Shown here: positions 10,125-19,826 of the stretch, piece by piece | Layout: each line of letters opens with the position of its first letter | Numbering within the stretch: position 1 is the stretch's first letter | Origin: a candidate division WOR-3 bacterium | GTDB lineage: Bacteria; Hydrothermota; Tepidihabitantia; SM23-42 | Direction: 5' to 3' | Assembly: GCA_020343595.1 (NCBI GenBank) | Contig: CP070802.1 | Coordinates: 13,377-77,376, forward strand | Length of the DNA: 64,000 nucleotides | Program-made: the position numbers and the translations under genes | The notes under the pieces: model-generated | What the model was told of the DNA's origin: nothing | Seen by the model: only the letters and a program-made list of their open reading frames with translations | Databases searched by the model: none

Positions 10125-10708
10125 TCACCGAGGCGAAAACGTACAAAACGCCTCACGACGATGTTTTCACCGAATTTTGCTATCTGTTCTTTCAGATAAT
10201 CGTCGACGGTCTTTTCTGGAATCTTTACAAATGGTTGTTCAAGCAGGCATACATCAGTATAGAATTTCTCTAGCTTACCGGCCACTATCTTCTCGACAAT
10301 TTCCGGTTTTTTCTTCATGTCCTGCACCATACTACGGTAAATTTCCTTCTCCCGTTCGATCACCTCAGGGGAGAGCTCTTCGCGCGTTACCACCATGGGC
10401 TCGCTCGCCGCGATCTGTAAGGCGATATCGCGGACAAACCTGCGAAACTCGGTGTTCCGAGCGACAAAATCCGTTTCACAATTGACTTCAACCAGAACGC
10501 CGAGGCGGTCACCCGGATGGATATATGCGTCCACGATGCCCTCCTTGGTTATGCGACCGACTTTCTTGGCGGCGAGGGCAAGACCTTTCTTTCTCAGGGT
10601 CTCGACCGCCTTGTCGAGGTCACCGTCTGCTTCTTCCAGCGCCTTCTGGCAATCGACTATGCCGGCACCGGTTCTTTCTCTAAGCTCCCTCAGCTTCTCC
10701 CGATCCAT
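10121..10708 (-). CDS. tsf: Elongation factor Ts (short form, about 195 aa)
   Basis: LRERTGAGIVDCQKAL, VEVNCETDFVA, LLEQPFVK; start at ATG 10708 (MDREKL). Confidence 0.96.
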   Translation of the reverse strand: MDREKLRELRERTGAGIVDCQKALEEADGDLDKAVETLRKKGLALAAKKVGRITKEGIVDAYIHPGDRLGVLVEVNCETDFVARNTEFRRFVRDIALQIAASEPMVVTREELSPEVIEREKEIYRSMVQDMKKKPEIVEKIVAGKLEKFYTDVCLLEQPFVKIPEKTVDDYLKEQIAKFGENIVVRRFVRFRLGE

Positions 10709-11414
10709 ATGCTTCTTTGTCCTCTGCTTCGAATCCTTTTCTTCCTTCAATGACCGCATTGGCCATGATCTTGGCAACGAGCGAGATCGATCTGATAGAA
10801 TCGTCATTGGCCGGTATCGGATAGTCTATTTCGGTCGGGTCGACATTTGTATCAACGATCGCCGCGACCGGGATGTTCACCCTGAGCGCTTCACGTAGGG
10901 CTGTTTCATCTTTCTTTATATCCACTATGAAGACCAGTCCCGGCAGGCGATCCATTTCCTTGATGCCTTCGAAATTCTTATGCAGTTTCTGATATTCCCT
11001 TTCGGCTCGCGACATTTCTTTCTTAGATACCGTTGTCCAGCGGCCATCTTCCTTCATACGCTCGAATTCCCTGAGTCTTGAGATACGCTGGCTCAGTACT
11101 TCGAAATTCGTTAGCAGTCCGCCTAACCAGCGTTCGGTCACGTAGAAAATCTGGGCTTTCGTTGCTTCATCTTTGATAATATCTTTGGCCTGTTTCTTGG
11201 TTCCGACGAAGAGAATACCCTTGCCTTCTTCAGCAACGCGAACCGTTGCCTCGTAGGCGCGCTTCAATCCTTCCTGCGTCTGTCTGAGATCGATGATGTG
11301 TATGCCATTGCGCTTTCCGAAAATATATTTTTCCATCTTGGGATTCCAACGCTTTGTGCGGTGTCCGAAGTGACATCCTGAGGTAACGAGTCTCTCGAAA
11401 GTTATCTGTTCCAA
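10680..11414 (-). CDS. rpsB: 30S ribosomal protein S2
   Basis: GCHFGH, RWNPKM, FVGTKKQA, RWLGGLLTN, DTNVDP, PANDDSIRS; TTG start with SD AAGGAGG. Confidence 0.97.
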   Translation of the reverse strand: MEQITFERLVTSGCHFGHRTKRWNPKMEKYIFGKRNGIHIIDLRQTQEGLKRAYEATVRVAEEGKGILFVGTKKQAKDIIKDEATKAQIFYVTERWLGGLLTNFEVLSQRISRLREFERMKEDGRWTTVSKKEMSRAEREYQKLHKNFEGIKEMDRLPGLVFIVDIKKDETALREALRVNIPVAAIVDTNVDPTEIDYPIPANDDSIRSISLVAKIMANAVIEGRKGFEAEDKEAYGSGEAEGA

Positions 11415-11423
11415 AGTGCCTCC

Positions 11424-11807
11424 TTATCGTTTCGAGAACTGGAATCTCTTGCGGCGTTTGGCCAAGCCGTATTTACAGCGTTCTTTCTTTCTTGGGTCTC
11501 TCTTCAACAGCCCGGCACTCTTCAGGGTTGGTCTCAGTTCTGGATTGAATTTGACGAGCGCCCGGGCGATACCGTGGCACATCGCTCCGGCCTGTCCTGC
11601 TATCCCGCCCCCCGAGATTCTTGCTCTGATGTCTATAGAGCCTTTCACTCCTGCGGTGATGAGCGGGAGATTGACCAAATCGACGAGGTCCTGGCGTCCA
11701 AAATACTGCAGGGGATCGCGGTTATTGACCCTGACGACCCCGGTGCCCGAAGACAGCATGATCTTTGCCGTAGCAGTTTTCCTTGATCCGGTCAGGATTT
11801 CCGGCAT
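11424..11807 (-). CDS. rpsI: 30S ribosomal protein S9
   Basis: GSRKTATA, GGGIAGQAGA, RDPRKKER, QFSKR. Confidence 0.97.
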   Translation of the reverse strand: MPEILTGSRKTATAKIMLSSGTGVVRVNNRDPLQYFGRQDLVDLVNLPLITAGVKGSIDIRARISGGGIAGQAGAMCHGIARALVKFNPELRPTLKSAGLLKRDPRKKERCKYGLAKRRKRFQFSKR

Positions 11808-11819
11808 AAACCTTCCTCC

Positions 11820-12248
11820 TTACAATTCAATTAATTTGGGCGACTGCGCACTATGGGGATGTTTCGAATCCGTGTATATCTTCAGTCGCCTCAACCGGCG
11901 CGCTCTCAATTTGTTCTTGGGCAACATGCCGCTGATCGCATGATAGAAAACGCGTTCCGGATGTTTTTTCAGCATCAATTCTAAATGGATCTTCTTCAAG
12001 CCGCCCGGGTAGAAAGAATGAGAATAGTATATCTTATCCTTCATTTTGTTTCCGGTGACCCGGAATTTATCGGCATTGATGACGACCACAAAATCCCCGC
12101 AATCGACGTGTGGGGAGTACTGTGGTTTGTTCTTGCCAATAAGAACACGGGCAATCTTCGAAGCCAAACGACCGAGGATCTTATCAGTGGCGTCGACGAC
12201 GTACCAATTGCGCTTGATTTCCGCTTTCTTCAAAACTTTTGTCTTCAT
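11820..12248 (-). CDS. rplM: 50S ribosomal protein L13
   Basis: WYVVDA, LGRLAS, PHVDCGDFVVVINA, YPGGLK, GMLPKN. Confidence 0.97.
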   Translation of the reverse strand: MKTKVLKKAEIKRNWYVVDATDKILGRLASKIARVLIGKNKPQYSPHVDCGDFVVVINADKFRVTGNKMKDKIYYSHSFYPGGLKKIHLELMLKKHPERVFYHAISGMLPKNKLRARRLRRLKIYTDSKHPHSAQSPKLIEL

Positions 12249-12256
12249 TAGCGACT

Positions 12257-12284
12257 ATTATATACAATTTTGGGGCAATGTCAA
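12257..12284 (-). promoter_or_regulatory. sigma70-type promoter of rplM, near-leaderless
   Basis: TTGACA-16nt-TATAAT, 8 nt to ATG at 12248, no SD. Confidence 0.75.
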
Positions 12285-12544
12285 TACTGAAACGCTTCCA
12301 TCGCGAATAATGCTGAATTAGGCATGTCGAAAGCTTCATGTTGGTCAACTATGAACGATCCTTAGGGGTTGAAGTCCTTTGTTGTATTTTTTGGCGGCCA
12401 GTATTGTACAGGGGTTTGGTTTTTGGTCCTTATAACACAAAACCAGGACTGTACCGGCAGCCATACCCTACCACATAAAACCACATCCGATGTGTTACTC
12501 TACCTGCAGTTTGATAGAATCCGAGACTATTACTCGGCGGTTCC

Positions 12545-14995
12545 TCAGTGTGCTTCTTCCCAGTCGTTACCAATGCCGATCGTAACTGTGATTGGAACCT
12601 TTGTTTCTATGGCAGTTTCCATGCTCTTTCTTATCAACTCTTTGGCTTCATCGACCCGTGCAGTTTCGATTTCGAATAGCAGTTCGTCATGGATCGATAA
12701 AAGCAGACCGCGTTTGAAGTGAGCCCCATTGAGATACTTCTCGACATCAATCATCGCGATCTTGATGAGGTCGGCAGCGCTGCCCTGGATCGGCGTGTTG
12801 ATGGCAGCTCGTTTTGAGAATTCTCGGAGGTTGTAATTACGTGAGTGCAGATCGGGTAATGGTCTGCGGCGTTTGAAAATGGTCTCTGCGTATCCTTTTT
12901 CCTGTGCTGATTCCACCACCTGTTCACGCCATGCCGCAACGCCAGGATAGAGGTCATAATATGACTGGACGAATTGTGCTGCCTCTTCGTGGGGGATATC
13001 AAAGCGCTGGGCCAGACCATAGTCACTCATGCCGTAGATGAGCCCGTAATTGATGACCTTGGCCATTCTGCGCTGTTTGTCATCGACTTTCTCTTCGGGG
13101 ATGCCGAGGACCACACTCGCCGTGTGCCGGTGTATGTCATCCCCTTGCATGAACGCCTGGATGAGGTTCTTATCGTCGGCAATATGGGCGAGCAACCTCA
13201 GTTCGATCTGAGAGTAATCGGCCGAGATCAGGGTGTAGCCTTCGCTTGCGACAAAGCCCTTTCTGATCCTTCTGCCGAGTTCGCTGCGGATGGGTATGTT
13301 CTGAATGTTCGGATTCGATGAAGACAGTCTGCCGGTCGCCGTACCGGTCTGGTTGAATGTCGTGTGGATACGGCCTTCTTGACTTAACATGATCAAGGGC
13401 TCGATGTAGGTCGATCTCAATTTTGCCAGTTCGCGGAACCTGAGGATTTCCCTGGGCACCGCATGACTGAGGCTGAGTTGGGTCAACACTTCAACATCTG
13501 TCGAGTAATGCTTCTTACCGCGTTTCGTCGGCTTGAGTTTCAGTTCTTCAAACAGGACCTCGGCGAGCTGCTTGGGTGAGTTGATATTGAAAGAATGCCC
13601 GACGATGCGATAGATATTTTTTTCGACTTCCTGAAGATCTTTTTGAACTTCTACGTTGAGTTCTTCCATGTATATTACATCAAGAGCGATACCTCGTTTT
13701 TCCATCCTGGTCAATACATGGATGAGCGGTTCCTCGATCTTATCGTAGAGCTCGAGCATATTCTGCTTCTGTAATTTTGTCTTGAGAAGAGGATGCAACT
13801 GATGGCTGAGGAGGGCGATCGCTTCCGGTGTTTTTCCCGGGCATGATTTCAGGTTTTGAAGGCAGATGTCGTCGAACGAGTGTGAGCGGCGATTCGGATC
13901 GAGAAGCCAGGAGGCGATTTGGACGTCGAACAGCGGCGGGTTCAGAGTAATTTCACGCGCCTTGGTCTTCAGGTCAAAACCTGCCTTGATGATCCCTTCC
14001 CTGGCTAGGATATCAGCGGCATCTTCACGCCCTGCGCAGTATACGTTGTCATTGTCAACGCTAAAGAATGCGTTGTCGTTATCGAAGGCAACGCCGAGTA
14101 CTTGTGCGCGCGTGACCTTATCCATGTCCTTCAATAGCTTGGTTTCAATAACACTATGAACGTCCTTGGAGAGTTCCTTTATGTATGCGTGGAATTCGAG
14201 ATCGACGAGTATTGGCATGACCTTATCGAGGTCAGGTTTTTTGGCGCGCAGATCATCAAGGGAGAAGTCCAGCGGAACATCTGTCTTCAGTTCGATCAAT
14301 TGACGCGACATTAAAGCCTGTTCCTTGTGTCCGGTAAGTCGCGGGTCTTTTCCGAGTGCATCACTGAAGTCGGCGTATTTTTCTATGATCTCCCGGGCAC
14401 GTTTTGGACCGATGCCTGGGACGCCGGGTACGTTATCGATGGTGTCCCCGGTTAATGCAAGATACATCGGGATCTGTTCGGGCAGGACACCGTATTTCTC
14501 AGAAACCTTAGCGCGGTCGATTATTTCGTCACGGTAGGCATCGTAGACAAAGACGTTGTCGCCAACAAGTTGCAGTAGGTCTTTGTCCGATGTTGCGATG
14601 TAGACCTCGCCGTGCTTCTTTAATTTTACGGCAAGGGTCGCCAGGATGTCGTCGGCTTCAAAACCCTGGACCTCGAACTGCGGTACGCCCATGCAAGCCG
14701 ACAATTCTTTTGCCTTTTCGATCTGGTAGGGAATGTCGGGTGGCGGTGGAGGCCGGGTCGCCTTGTAGTCCTCGAATATCTCATCACGGAATGTAACGCC
14801 CGGAGCATCGAATGCAAGAATCAGGTATTCGGTTGGCAGGCGCTTCTTTATCTTCTCCAGCGTATTAACGAAACCGAAGATGCCGGATGTGTTTCGGCCC
14901 CGGGAGTTCTTCAAAGGATTCTTTATGAACGCGAAATACGACCGGAAGATGATCGAATGCGCATCGATGATAACGAATTTCTTCTTCCTGCCCAT
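12545..14995 (-). CDS. polA: DNA polymerase I
   Basis: 5'-3' exonuclease N-domain (IIDAHS, YKATR, EADD), SADYSQIELR, AKVINYGLIYG, IHDELLFE. The 3'-5' exonuclease region is short and degenerate. Confidence 0.96.
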   Translation of the reverse strand: MGRKKKFVIIDAHSIIFRSYFAFIKNPLKNSRGRNTSGIFGFVNTLEKIKKRLPTEYLILAFDAPGVTFRDEIFEDYKATRPPPPPDIPYQIEKAKELSACMGVPQFEVQGFEADDILATLAVKLKKHGEVYIATSDKDLLQLVGDNVFVYDAYRDEIIDRAKVSEKYGVLPEQIPMYLALTGDTIDNVPGVPGIGPKRAREIIEKYADFSDALGKDPRLTGHKEQALMSRQLIELKTDVPLDFSLDDLRAKKPDLDKVMPILVDLEFHAYIKELSKDVHSVIETKLLKDMDKVTRAQVLGVAFDNDNAFFSVDNDNVYCAGREDAADILAREGIIKAGFDLKTKAREITLNPPLFDVQIASWLLDPNRRSHSFDDICLQNLKSCPGKTPEAIALLSHQLHPLLKTKLQKQNMLELYDKIEEPLIHVLTRMEKRGIALDVIYMEELNVEVQKDLQEVEKNIYRIVGHSFNINSPKQLAEVLFEELKLKPTKRGKKHYSTDVEVLTQLSLSHAVPREILRFRELAKLRSTYIEPLIMLSQEGRIHTTFNQTGTATGRLSSSNPNIQNIPIRSELGRRIRKGFVASEGYTLISADYSQIELRLLAHIADDKNLIQAFMQGDDIHRHTASVVLGIPEEKVDDKQRRMAKVINYGLIYGMSDYGLAQRFDIPHEEAAQFVQSYYDLYPGVAAWREQVVESAQEKGYAETIFKRRRPLPDLHSRNYNLREFSKRAAINTPIQGSAADLIKIAMIDVEKYLNGAHFKRGLLLSIHDELLFEIETARVDEAKELIRKSMETAIETKVPITVTIGIGNDWEEAH

Positions 14996-15000
14996 GGTCA

Positions 15001-15028
15001 ATTATATTCAAGAATGGTTTTCAAGCAA
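15001..15028 (-). promoter_or_regulatory. sigma70-type promoter of polA, leaderless
   Basis: TTGCTT-16nt-TATAAT, 5 nt to ATG at 14995. Confidence 0.65.
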
Positions 15029-15041
15029 GACCACGAGAATA

Positions 15042-15069
15042 TTGACAAGGGTTATTAATTCTGTAGTAT
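15042..15069 (+). promoter_or_regulatory. sigma70-type promoter, leaderless
   Basis: TTGACA-16nt-TAGTAT, 6 nt to GTG at 15076. Confidence 0.7.
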
Positions 15070-15075
15070 TGCACA

Positions 15076-16011
15076 GTGGTTCACCAGAAAAAGGTGTACG
15101 CGATCATTAATCCGCATGCCGGTTATGGCAAGGCCGGCAAAAGATGGCCCCAAATACTAGAATATCTGAGATCCTCTGGATTTGATGTCACCTGGCGGCT
15201 GACCGAGCAGAGGTGGCATGCGTATGACATTGCGCAGGAGTATGCGCGGCAGGGGGCGAAGCTCATAATCAGTGTCGGCGGAGAGGGTGTTATGAACGAG
15301 ATCGTGAACGGTCTTTTCGCGTATCAGGAGACATCCGGTACTATGCCCGTTCTCGCCATGATCCCGGCCGGAACCGGCACCGATCTTTCGAGGACCTTAC
15401 ATGTATCTAAGGACTACCGGCAGGCCGTCGATCTGATCAAAAAAGGGCACGTGATGTTGATGGACGCGGGCCGGATGGTCTTCGAGCGTGAGGGCAGGAC
15501 GTCGGTGCGCTATTTCATCAACGCGGCAGACACCGGGCTGGGCGGAGCAGTGGCGAGATTGAGCAACAGCCTGCCAAAAATCCTTGGCGGATTCCTCACC
15601 TTTTTACTGGCAAGTCTTGCTGCGCTGAGTAGTTTCAGGAGAATGAAGTTGACGATCTGGGTGGATGGGAAGTTGGTTGACAGCGGGCTCATGACCATCG
15701 TTGGGGCGCTCAATGGTCAGTATTTCGGCGGCGGCATGCATGCTGCACCAATGGCGGCGGTCGATGATGGTATAATGGAATTCCTGTACGTCAAGGATAC
15801 GAATTTCTTGAAATTCGTCAGCAAGGTTCTGGCCAAGGTTTATACCGGCGAACATCTAGCATACCACAAGGTTTACCTCTGCAAAGGCAGGCAGTTGAAA
15901 GTGCAGGGTGAGAAGGTCTTTCTGGCCGAGGTGGATGGTGAGGTCGAAAGGGCGAGCACGATCTACCTCGATGTTCTACCTAAATCGGTCGAGATGTTGG
16001 TGCCTGATTAG
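15076..16011 (+). CDS. Diacylglycerol/lipid kinase family protein (YegS/BmrU-like)
   Basis: IINPHAG, VGGEGVMNEIVNG, IPAGTGTDL, NGQYFGGGM, VDGE. Confidence 0.9.
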   Translation: MVHQKKVYAIINPHAGYGKAGKRWPQILEYLRSSGFDVTWRLTEQRWHAYDIAQEYARQGAKLIISVGGEGVMNEIVNGLFAYQETSGTMPVLAMIPAGTGTDLSRTLHVSKDYRQAVDLIKKGHVMLMDAGRMVFEREGRTSVRYFINAADTGLGGAVARLSNSLPKILGGFLTFLLASLAALSSFRRMKLTIWVDGKLVDSGLMTIVGALNGQYFGGGMHAAPMAAVDDGIMEFLYVKDTNFLKFVSKVLAKVYTGEHLAYHKVYLCKGRQLKVQGEKVFLAEVDGEVERASTIYLDVLPKSVEMLVPD

Positions 16012-16581
16012 TTAGACCGTGTATAGACCGTTGGCCTTGATGTAGCTATATACTGCAGGTTTTAAAAGATACCTTACTGAAAGTCCCTTTCTGATCTTAG
16101 CGCGGATCGTGGTTGATGAAATGTCGATCAGTGGTGCGGTGCTGACCATGATCCGGTCAAAGAACCTTGCCTCTTTTGAAATATCATAGTTCGGTCGGCG
16201 CATAACAACTACGCGGCATTCGCGAAAGAGTTCTTCTGGATCTTTCCATGTTTCGATCTCATGCCACTGGTCACTACCGATCAGCAAGTAGAACTCATCT
16301 TCAGTCTGTGCATGCAGCTTTCTTATGACTTCAATAGTGTAAGTTTTTTCGGTAAATTCTCTTTCGATATCATTTGCCGCGAACATTTCGTTATCCTCTA
16401 CCGCGAGTTCGGTCATAACATACCTGTGTTCGTATGTTGAGTAGTTAGTTTTATGGGGCGGATTGCCCGAAGGGACAAAAAGAATCTTCTGGAGGTGGAA
16501 TTCCTCCAGGACATGTTGAGCAATGATTAGATGTCCGATGTGCGGAGGATCAAAGAGGCCTCCGAAGACACCTATTTTCAC
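16012..16581 (-). CDS. nadD: Nicotinate-nucleotide adenylyltransferase
   Basis: FGGLFDPPHIGH, IGSD, ISSTTIR. Confidence 0.93.
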   Translation of the reverse strand: MKIGVFGGLFDPPHIGHLIIAQHVLEEFHLQKILFVPSGNPPHKTNYSTYEHRYVMTELAVEDNEMFAANDIEREFTEKTYTIEVIRKLHAQTEDEFYLLIGSDQWHEIETWKDPEELFRECRVVVMRRPNYDISKEARFFDRIMVSTAPLIDISSTTIRAKIRKGLSVRYLLKPAVYSYIKANGLYTV

Positions 16582-16586
16582 AAGTG

Positions 16587-17330
16587 CTACTCCTTGCTAC
16601 TTCTTTCAAGTTCGGCAATTCGGTCGGCGGCGTCTTTCTGCCAGTTCTCGTCTTCGAGAAGTTCGTTGTACAACTCCAGTGCCGCTTCGAAATCGCCCTG
16701 TTTTTCGAGGATGCGGGCTCTCCGGTATGTTGCTTCACCGGCAGATTCTGTTTCCGGATAGTTTTTGTATATATATTCATAGTACAAAAGGGCAGCTTCA
16801 GGTTCCTTGAGCTTTTCATATAACTTGCCGTTCTCCAACTCCTTCTTGGCCAGTAGATTCCTTGCATTCAGTATTTCTTGTCTTGCTTCATCAGTATATT
16901 CGGAGTTGGGATAGCGAGTAAGGAATTCGTCGAAGAGCCGGATCGCCCTTTTCAGATCGCTCAGGTCCTTTTCGTAGCTCGGAGCACCGAGAAGGTTGGC
17001 CTTTGCTCGATAGAAGTGAGCTTCCTCGACCAACGTCGAGTTGGGGAAGTTACGTATCAGGTAGTTGAATTCTATTACTGCCTGATCATATTCCTTCATC
17101 TCAAGGTATGCACGTGACAGCCAGTACTGGGAATCATCGACATACTCGGATGAGGGGTGATAGAATAAGATCCTCTCAAATGCTTCTGCTGCCTTCTGAT
17201 ACTTTCGGTTTTCGAAGAACGACATAGCGCGTTCGTATTCGTTAACTGCGTCGAGTGGAACGAGGGTCTCGCGTGCCGCACACGACAGGAATATTCCGAC
17301 GAGCGCCAAGAGAATCAGGTTAGATCTCAT
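16587..17330 (-). CDS. bamD: Outer-membrane assembly lipoprotein BamD-like (TPR)
   Basis: Lipobox (FLSC); YPSSEY, FLTRYPNSEY, LAKKELENGKLY pattern of the YfiO/BamD family. Confidence 0.8.
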   Translation of the reverse strand: MRSNLILLALVGIFLSCAARETLVPLDAVNEYERAMSFFENRKYQKAAEAFERILFYHPSSEYVDDSQYWLSRAYLEMKEYDQAVIEFNYLIRNFPNSTLVEEAHFYRAKANLLGAPSYEKDLSDLKRAIRLFDEFLTRYPNSEYTDEARQEILNARNLLAKKELENGKLYEKLKEPEAALLYYEYIYKNYPETESAGEATYRRARILEKQGDFEAALELYNELLEDENWQKDAADRIAELERSSKE

Positions 17331-18208
17331 TTTTTCTCCTTTATTTCCTTTATCCGTTCCTTTGCCTTCTGGGTCATTTCACCCTTTTGGTATGGATCCA
17401 GCCGTACGACTTTCTTGTACAGTTCGAGAGCCACGTCGAAGTTACTGCGTGCGTAGTATATTTCGGCCGTATAGAAGTACGCATCGTCAAGCATCGATTT
17501 GGGTTCACCGTTTGCTATTATGTGGCCAAAATATATTTCTGCGCTGTCCAGTATTCCAGCTGTAAAATGCTTGGTGCCAAGCGATAATTGGATTTCACTC
17601 ACAAGCAAAAGGTTGGCCGCGGTCTTCAATTTTTCGTATTCTGCCAAGGCCATTGATAATGCCGGGCTATAGTCGCCGGTAGCAGCAAGTGCCCGGATCA
17701 AGTTTGGTTTTGCGTTCCTGGCATCCTTGCTGGTTGAATCGATCTGCAAGGCACGTCTGTATGCCCTGATCGCTGCTTCATGATTGCTATTCTCAAAATT
17801 CAGGTCGCCAATCAGAAACAGGTTGCTTGTCTGCTCATACTCAGGTACGAGTTTCGCGATCTCCTGGTGAAGGAATAGAGCGCGTTCCGGCTCATTGATC
17901 TTCAACGCATTTTGGGATAGTGCGTTGTATATTCTTATTATGCTGTCCTTGAACGTCGTATCGATAGCCAGGGAGGCTGCGAAATAATCCAGTGCCTCCG
18001 CATATTCATTTTTTCTCAAGTAGCAGTAGCCAATGATGTATTGTATTTCCGAATCTTTGTTCTTACGCAGTGAGATGATTTCAGTCAGTGCCCGGTCGTA
18101 ATTCCATTCCGCAATGAACTTCCGGGCGTTGCTGATACGTTCTTCCTTGCGGGCGCAAGATAAGCAAATAAGTATGAAGAGAAAAAACAACCAGGTGCTC
18201 TTATTCAT
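17327..18208 (-). CDS. TPR-repeat lipoprotein
   Basis: Lipobox (CLSC); several TPR-like helical repeats. Confidence 0.8.
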   Translation of the reverse strand: MNKSTWLFFLFILICLSCARKEERISNARKFIAEWNYDRALTEIISLRKNKDSEIQYIIGYCYLRKNEYAEALDYFAASLAIDTTFKDSIIRIYNALSQNALKINEPERALFLHQEIAKLVPEYEQTSNLFLIGDLNFENSNHEAAIRAYRRALQIDSTSKDARNAKPNLIRALAATGDYSPALSMALAEYEKLKTAANLLLVSEIQLSLGTKHFTAGILDSAEIYFGHIIANGEPKSMLDDAYFYTAEIYYARSNFDVALELYKKVVRLDPYQKGEMTQKAKERIKEIKEKK

Positions 18209-18286
18209 ATGACAATATTTCAGAGATGTGGAACGATATCTATCATGCTCTCGACTTGCCCGCCCCTGCGCTCGTCGCCGGCTCGT

Positions 18287-18736
18287 TCACTTCTTTTCCA
18301 GTCTTTCGAGCAGGCGCAGGTATGATTCCAGTAGTCCGCGGAATTCAGATACGAGCAAAAGTTTCTGATGCTCAACAATTTTCGTTTCTTCTCTTATTCT
18401 GCTGAGTTCGGTCTGTGCTTCTTTGAGGAAGCGTTGAGCCTCGACACGCGCATTCGCAATGATCGTTTCTGCTTCCTTCTTTGCACCGTTCTTCAGTTCG
18501 TCAGCGGCTTTCTGTGTTGTGGTCAGCGTATCCTGAAGTATCTGCTCCATGCGTCGGTAGTCTTCGATCTTCAGATCCATATCCTTTACGCGCTCTGAGA
18601 GACCGGCGTTTGCCCGTAGGAGTTCTTCAATTTCCGTGGCGACCATGTCCAGAAATTCTCTTACCTCATGAGGATCGTAACCGCGTACTTTTTTCTTGAA
18701 TTCCTGTTTGCGGATTTCCAGTGGTGTGATTGGCAT
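18287..18736 (-). CDS. DivIVA-domain protein
   Basis: MPITPLEIRKQEFKKKVRGYDPHEVREFL followed by coiled coil. Confidence 0.92.
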   Translation of the reverse strand: MPITPLEIRKQEFKKKVRGYDPHEVREFLDMVATEIEELLRANAGLSERVKDMDLKIEDYRRMEQILQDTLTTTQKAADELKNGAKKEAETIIANARVEAQRFLKEAQTELSRIREETKIVEHQKLLLVSEFRGLLESYLRLLERLEKK

Positions 18737-18818
18737 ATTACCTCCGCTTTTGTATCAACATTGTATTTCTTTGGGGGTACAAAACGTGATTATTCATTGT
18801 TAATCAAACCTTTTTGAG

Positions 18819-19823
18819 CTAATCATAGGCAAAAACAGTACTACCGCCCAGGCGCTTTGCCTTTCTTAGCGATCGCTCGGCTTTCTTGATCATTTCCTTC
18901 ACGCCGCCGGCGTCCTCTGGGAAGCCGACCACGCCTATGGACAGACTTATTTCTTTTACCCGTAGATCTTCTTTGAAGAAATCATGATTTCTCACACTGC
19001 GTAGTATTCTCTGAGCAGTTTGTTTCGCGTAAGCTTTTTTAGTTTCAGGCAGAAGTGCAGCGAATTCGTCGCTGCCGTATCTTGCGAGGATATCGACGCT
19101 TCTTAAACTGCGTTCAAGGATTCGCGCGAGTTGCTGTAGTACGCTGTCGCCAGTGCTGATGTCGAATTCCTTATTCACGGTGCTGAATCGATCGATATCC
19201 ATCAGAATAACCGCCAGGCTGTGTTCATATCGTGAAGCTCGCTGTAACTCGGTATGCAGCTGTCGGTCAAAGTACTTTCTGTTGAAGACGCCGGTCAATG
19301 TGTCGATCCAGTTCTGCTGCTTTACGCGCGAGTAAAAGCAATTGGGTTGTATGAGATGCTCGACAAATACATACGGATGGGTTTTCAGGGTTTCGACGAG
19401 TTCGAGAGAACTTATCGTACTGACATCGTATGTGCAGAGGACGAAGATCCTGTAATCAGGCTGTCGGCTCAGGTCATCGAGGCCACTCTCTAAACCGACA
19501 TGGTTCTTGTTACATTCGATCAAGACCCTCAAGCCTTCACGTATTTTCGGCAGCTTCTTGTACTCACGCTTTAACCAGCTCACCAGCGATTTCGCAGTTA
19601 CCCCTTTGCTGACCGTTGAGATACGGTTTCGGAAATTCTTGCGTAGTAACTTACAGATGCGTTCGTTACCGATGTAGACGACTTTTTCGTGCCGTTCAAT
19701 GCCGTCATTGATGAGGGTGAATATATTATCGATCAACTGTTCAGTTCCGCGGTGAATGTAGAGGGCATGCAACGGCAGGTCGATCTCAACACCTTCATAA
19801 CCGATCTTCACTGATTTCGGCAT
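18819..19823 (-). CDS. MEDS-like sensory domain plus GGDEF-family domain with variant GSDEF motif
   Basis: N-part YRGTEQL...DGIERHEKVVYI...VLCTYD (MEDS-like); C-part DTLTGVFN, MDIDRF, RSVD-ILARY-GSDEF. Confidence 0.8.
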   Translation of the reverse strand: MPKSVKIGYEGVEIDLPLHALYIHRGTEQLIDNIFTLINDGIERHEKVVYIGNERICKLLRKNFRNRISTVSKGVTAKSLVSWLKREYKKLPKIREGLRVLIECNKNHVGLESGLDDLSRQPDYRIFVLCTYDVSTISSLELVETLKTHPYVFVEHLIQPNCFYSRVKQQNWIDTLTGVFNRKYFDRQLHTELQRASRYEHSLAVILMDIDRFSTVNKEFDISTGDSVLQQLARILERSLRSVDILARYGSDEFAALLPETKKAYAKQTAQRILRSVRNHDFFKEDLRVKEISLSIGVVGFPEDAGGVKEMIKKAERSLRKAKRLGGSTVFAYD

Positions 19824-19826
19824 GGA

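Noticed and set aside
12285-12544. 260-bp polA-rplM intergenic region as an ncRNA
   Set aside because: Only short, competing pairings (GTACAG/CTGTAC, GTCCT/AGGAC); no tRNA, tmRNA, SRP or RNase P hallmark.
18245-18286. GC-rich stretch after the DivIVA gene as a REP repeat
   Set aside because: No clean palindrome and no second copy found in the window.
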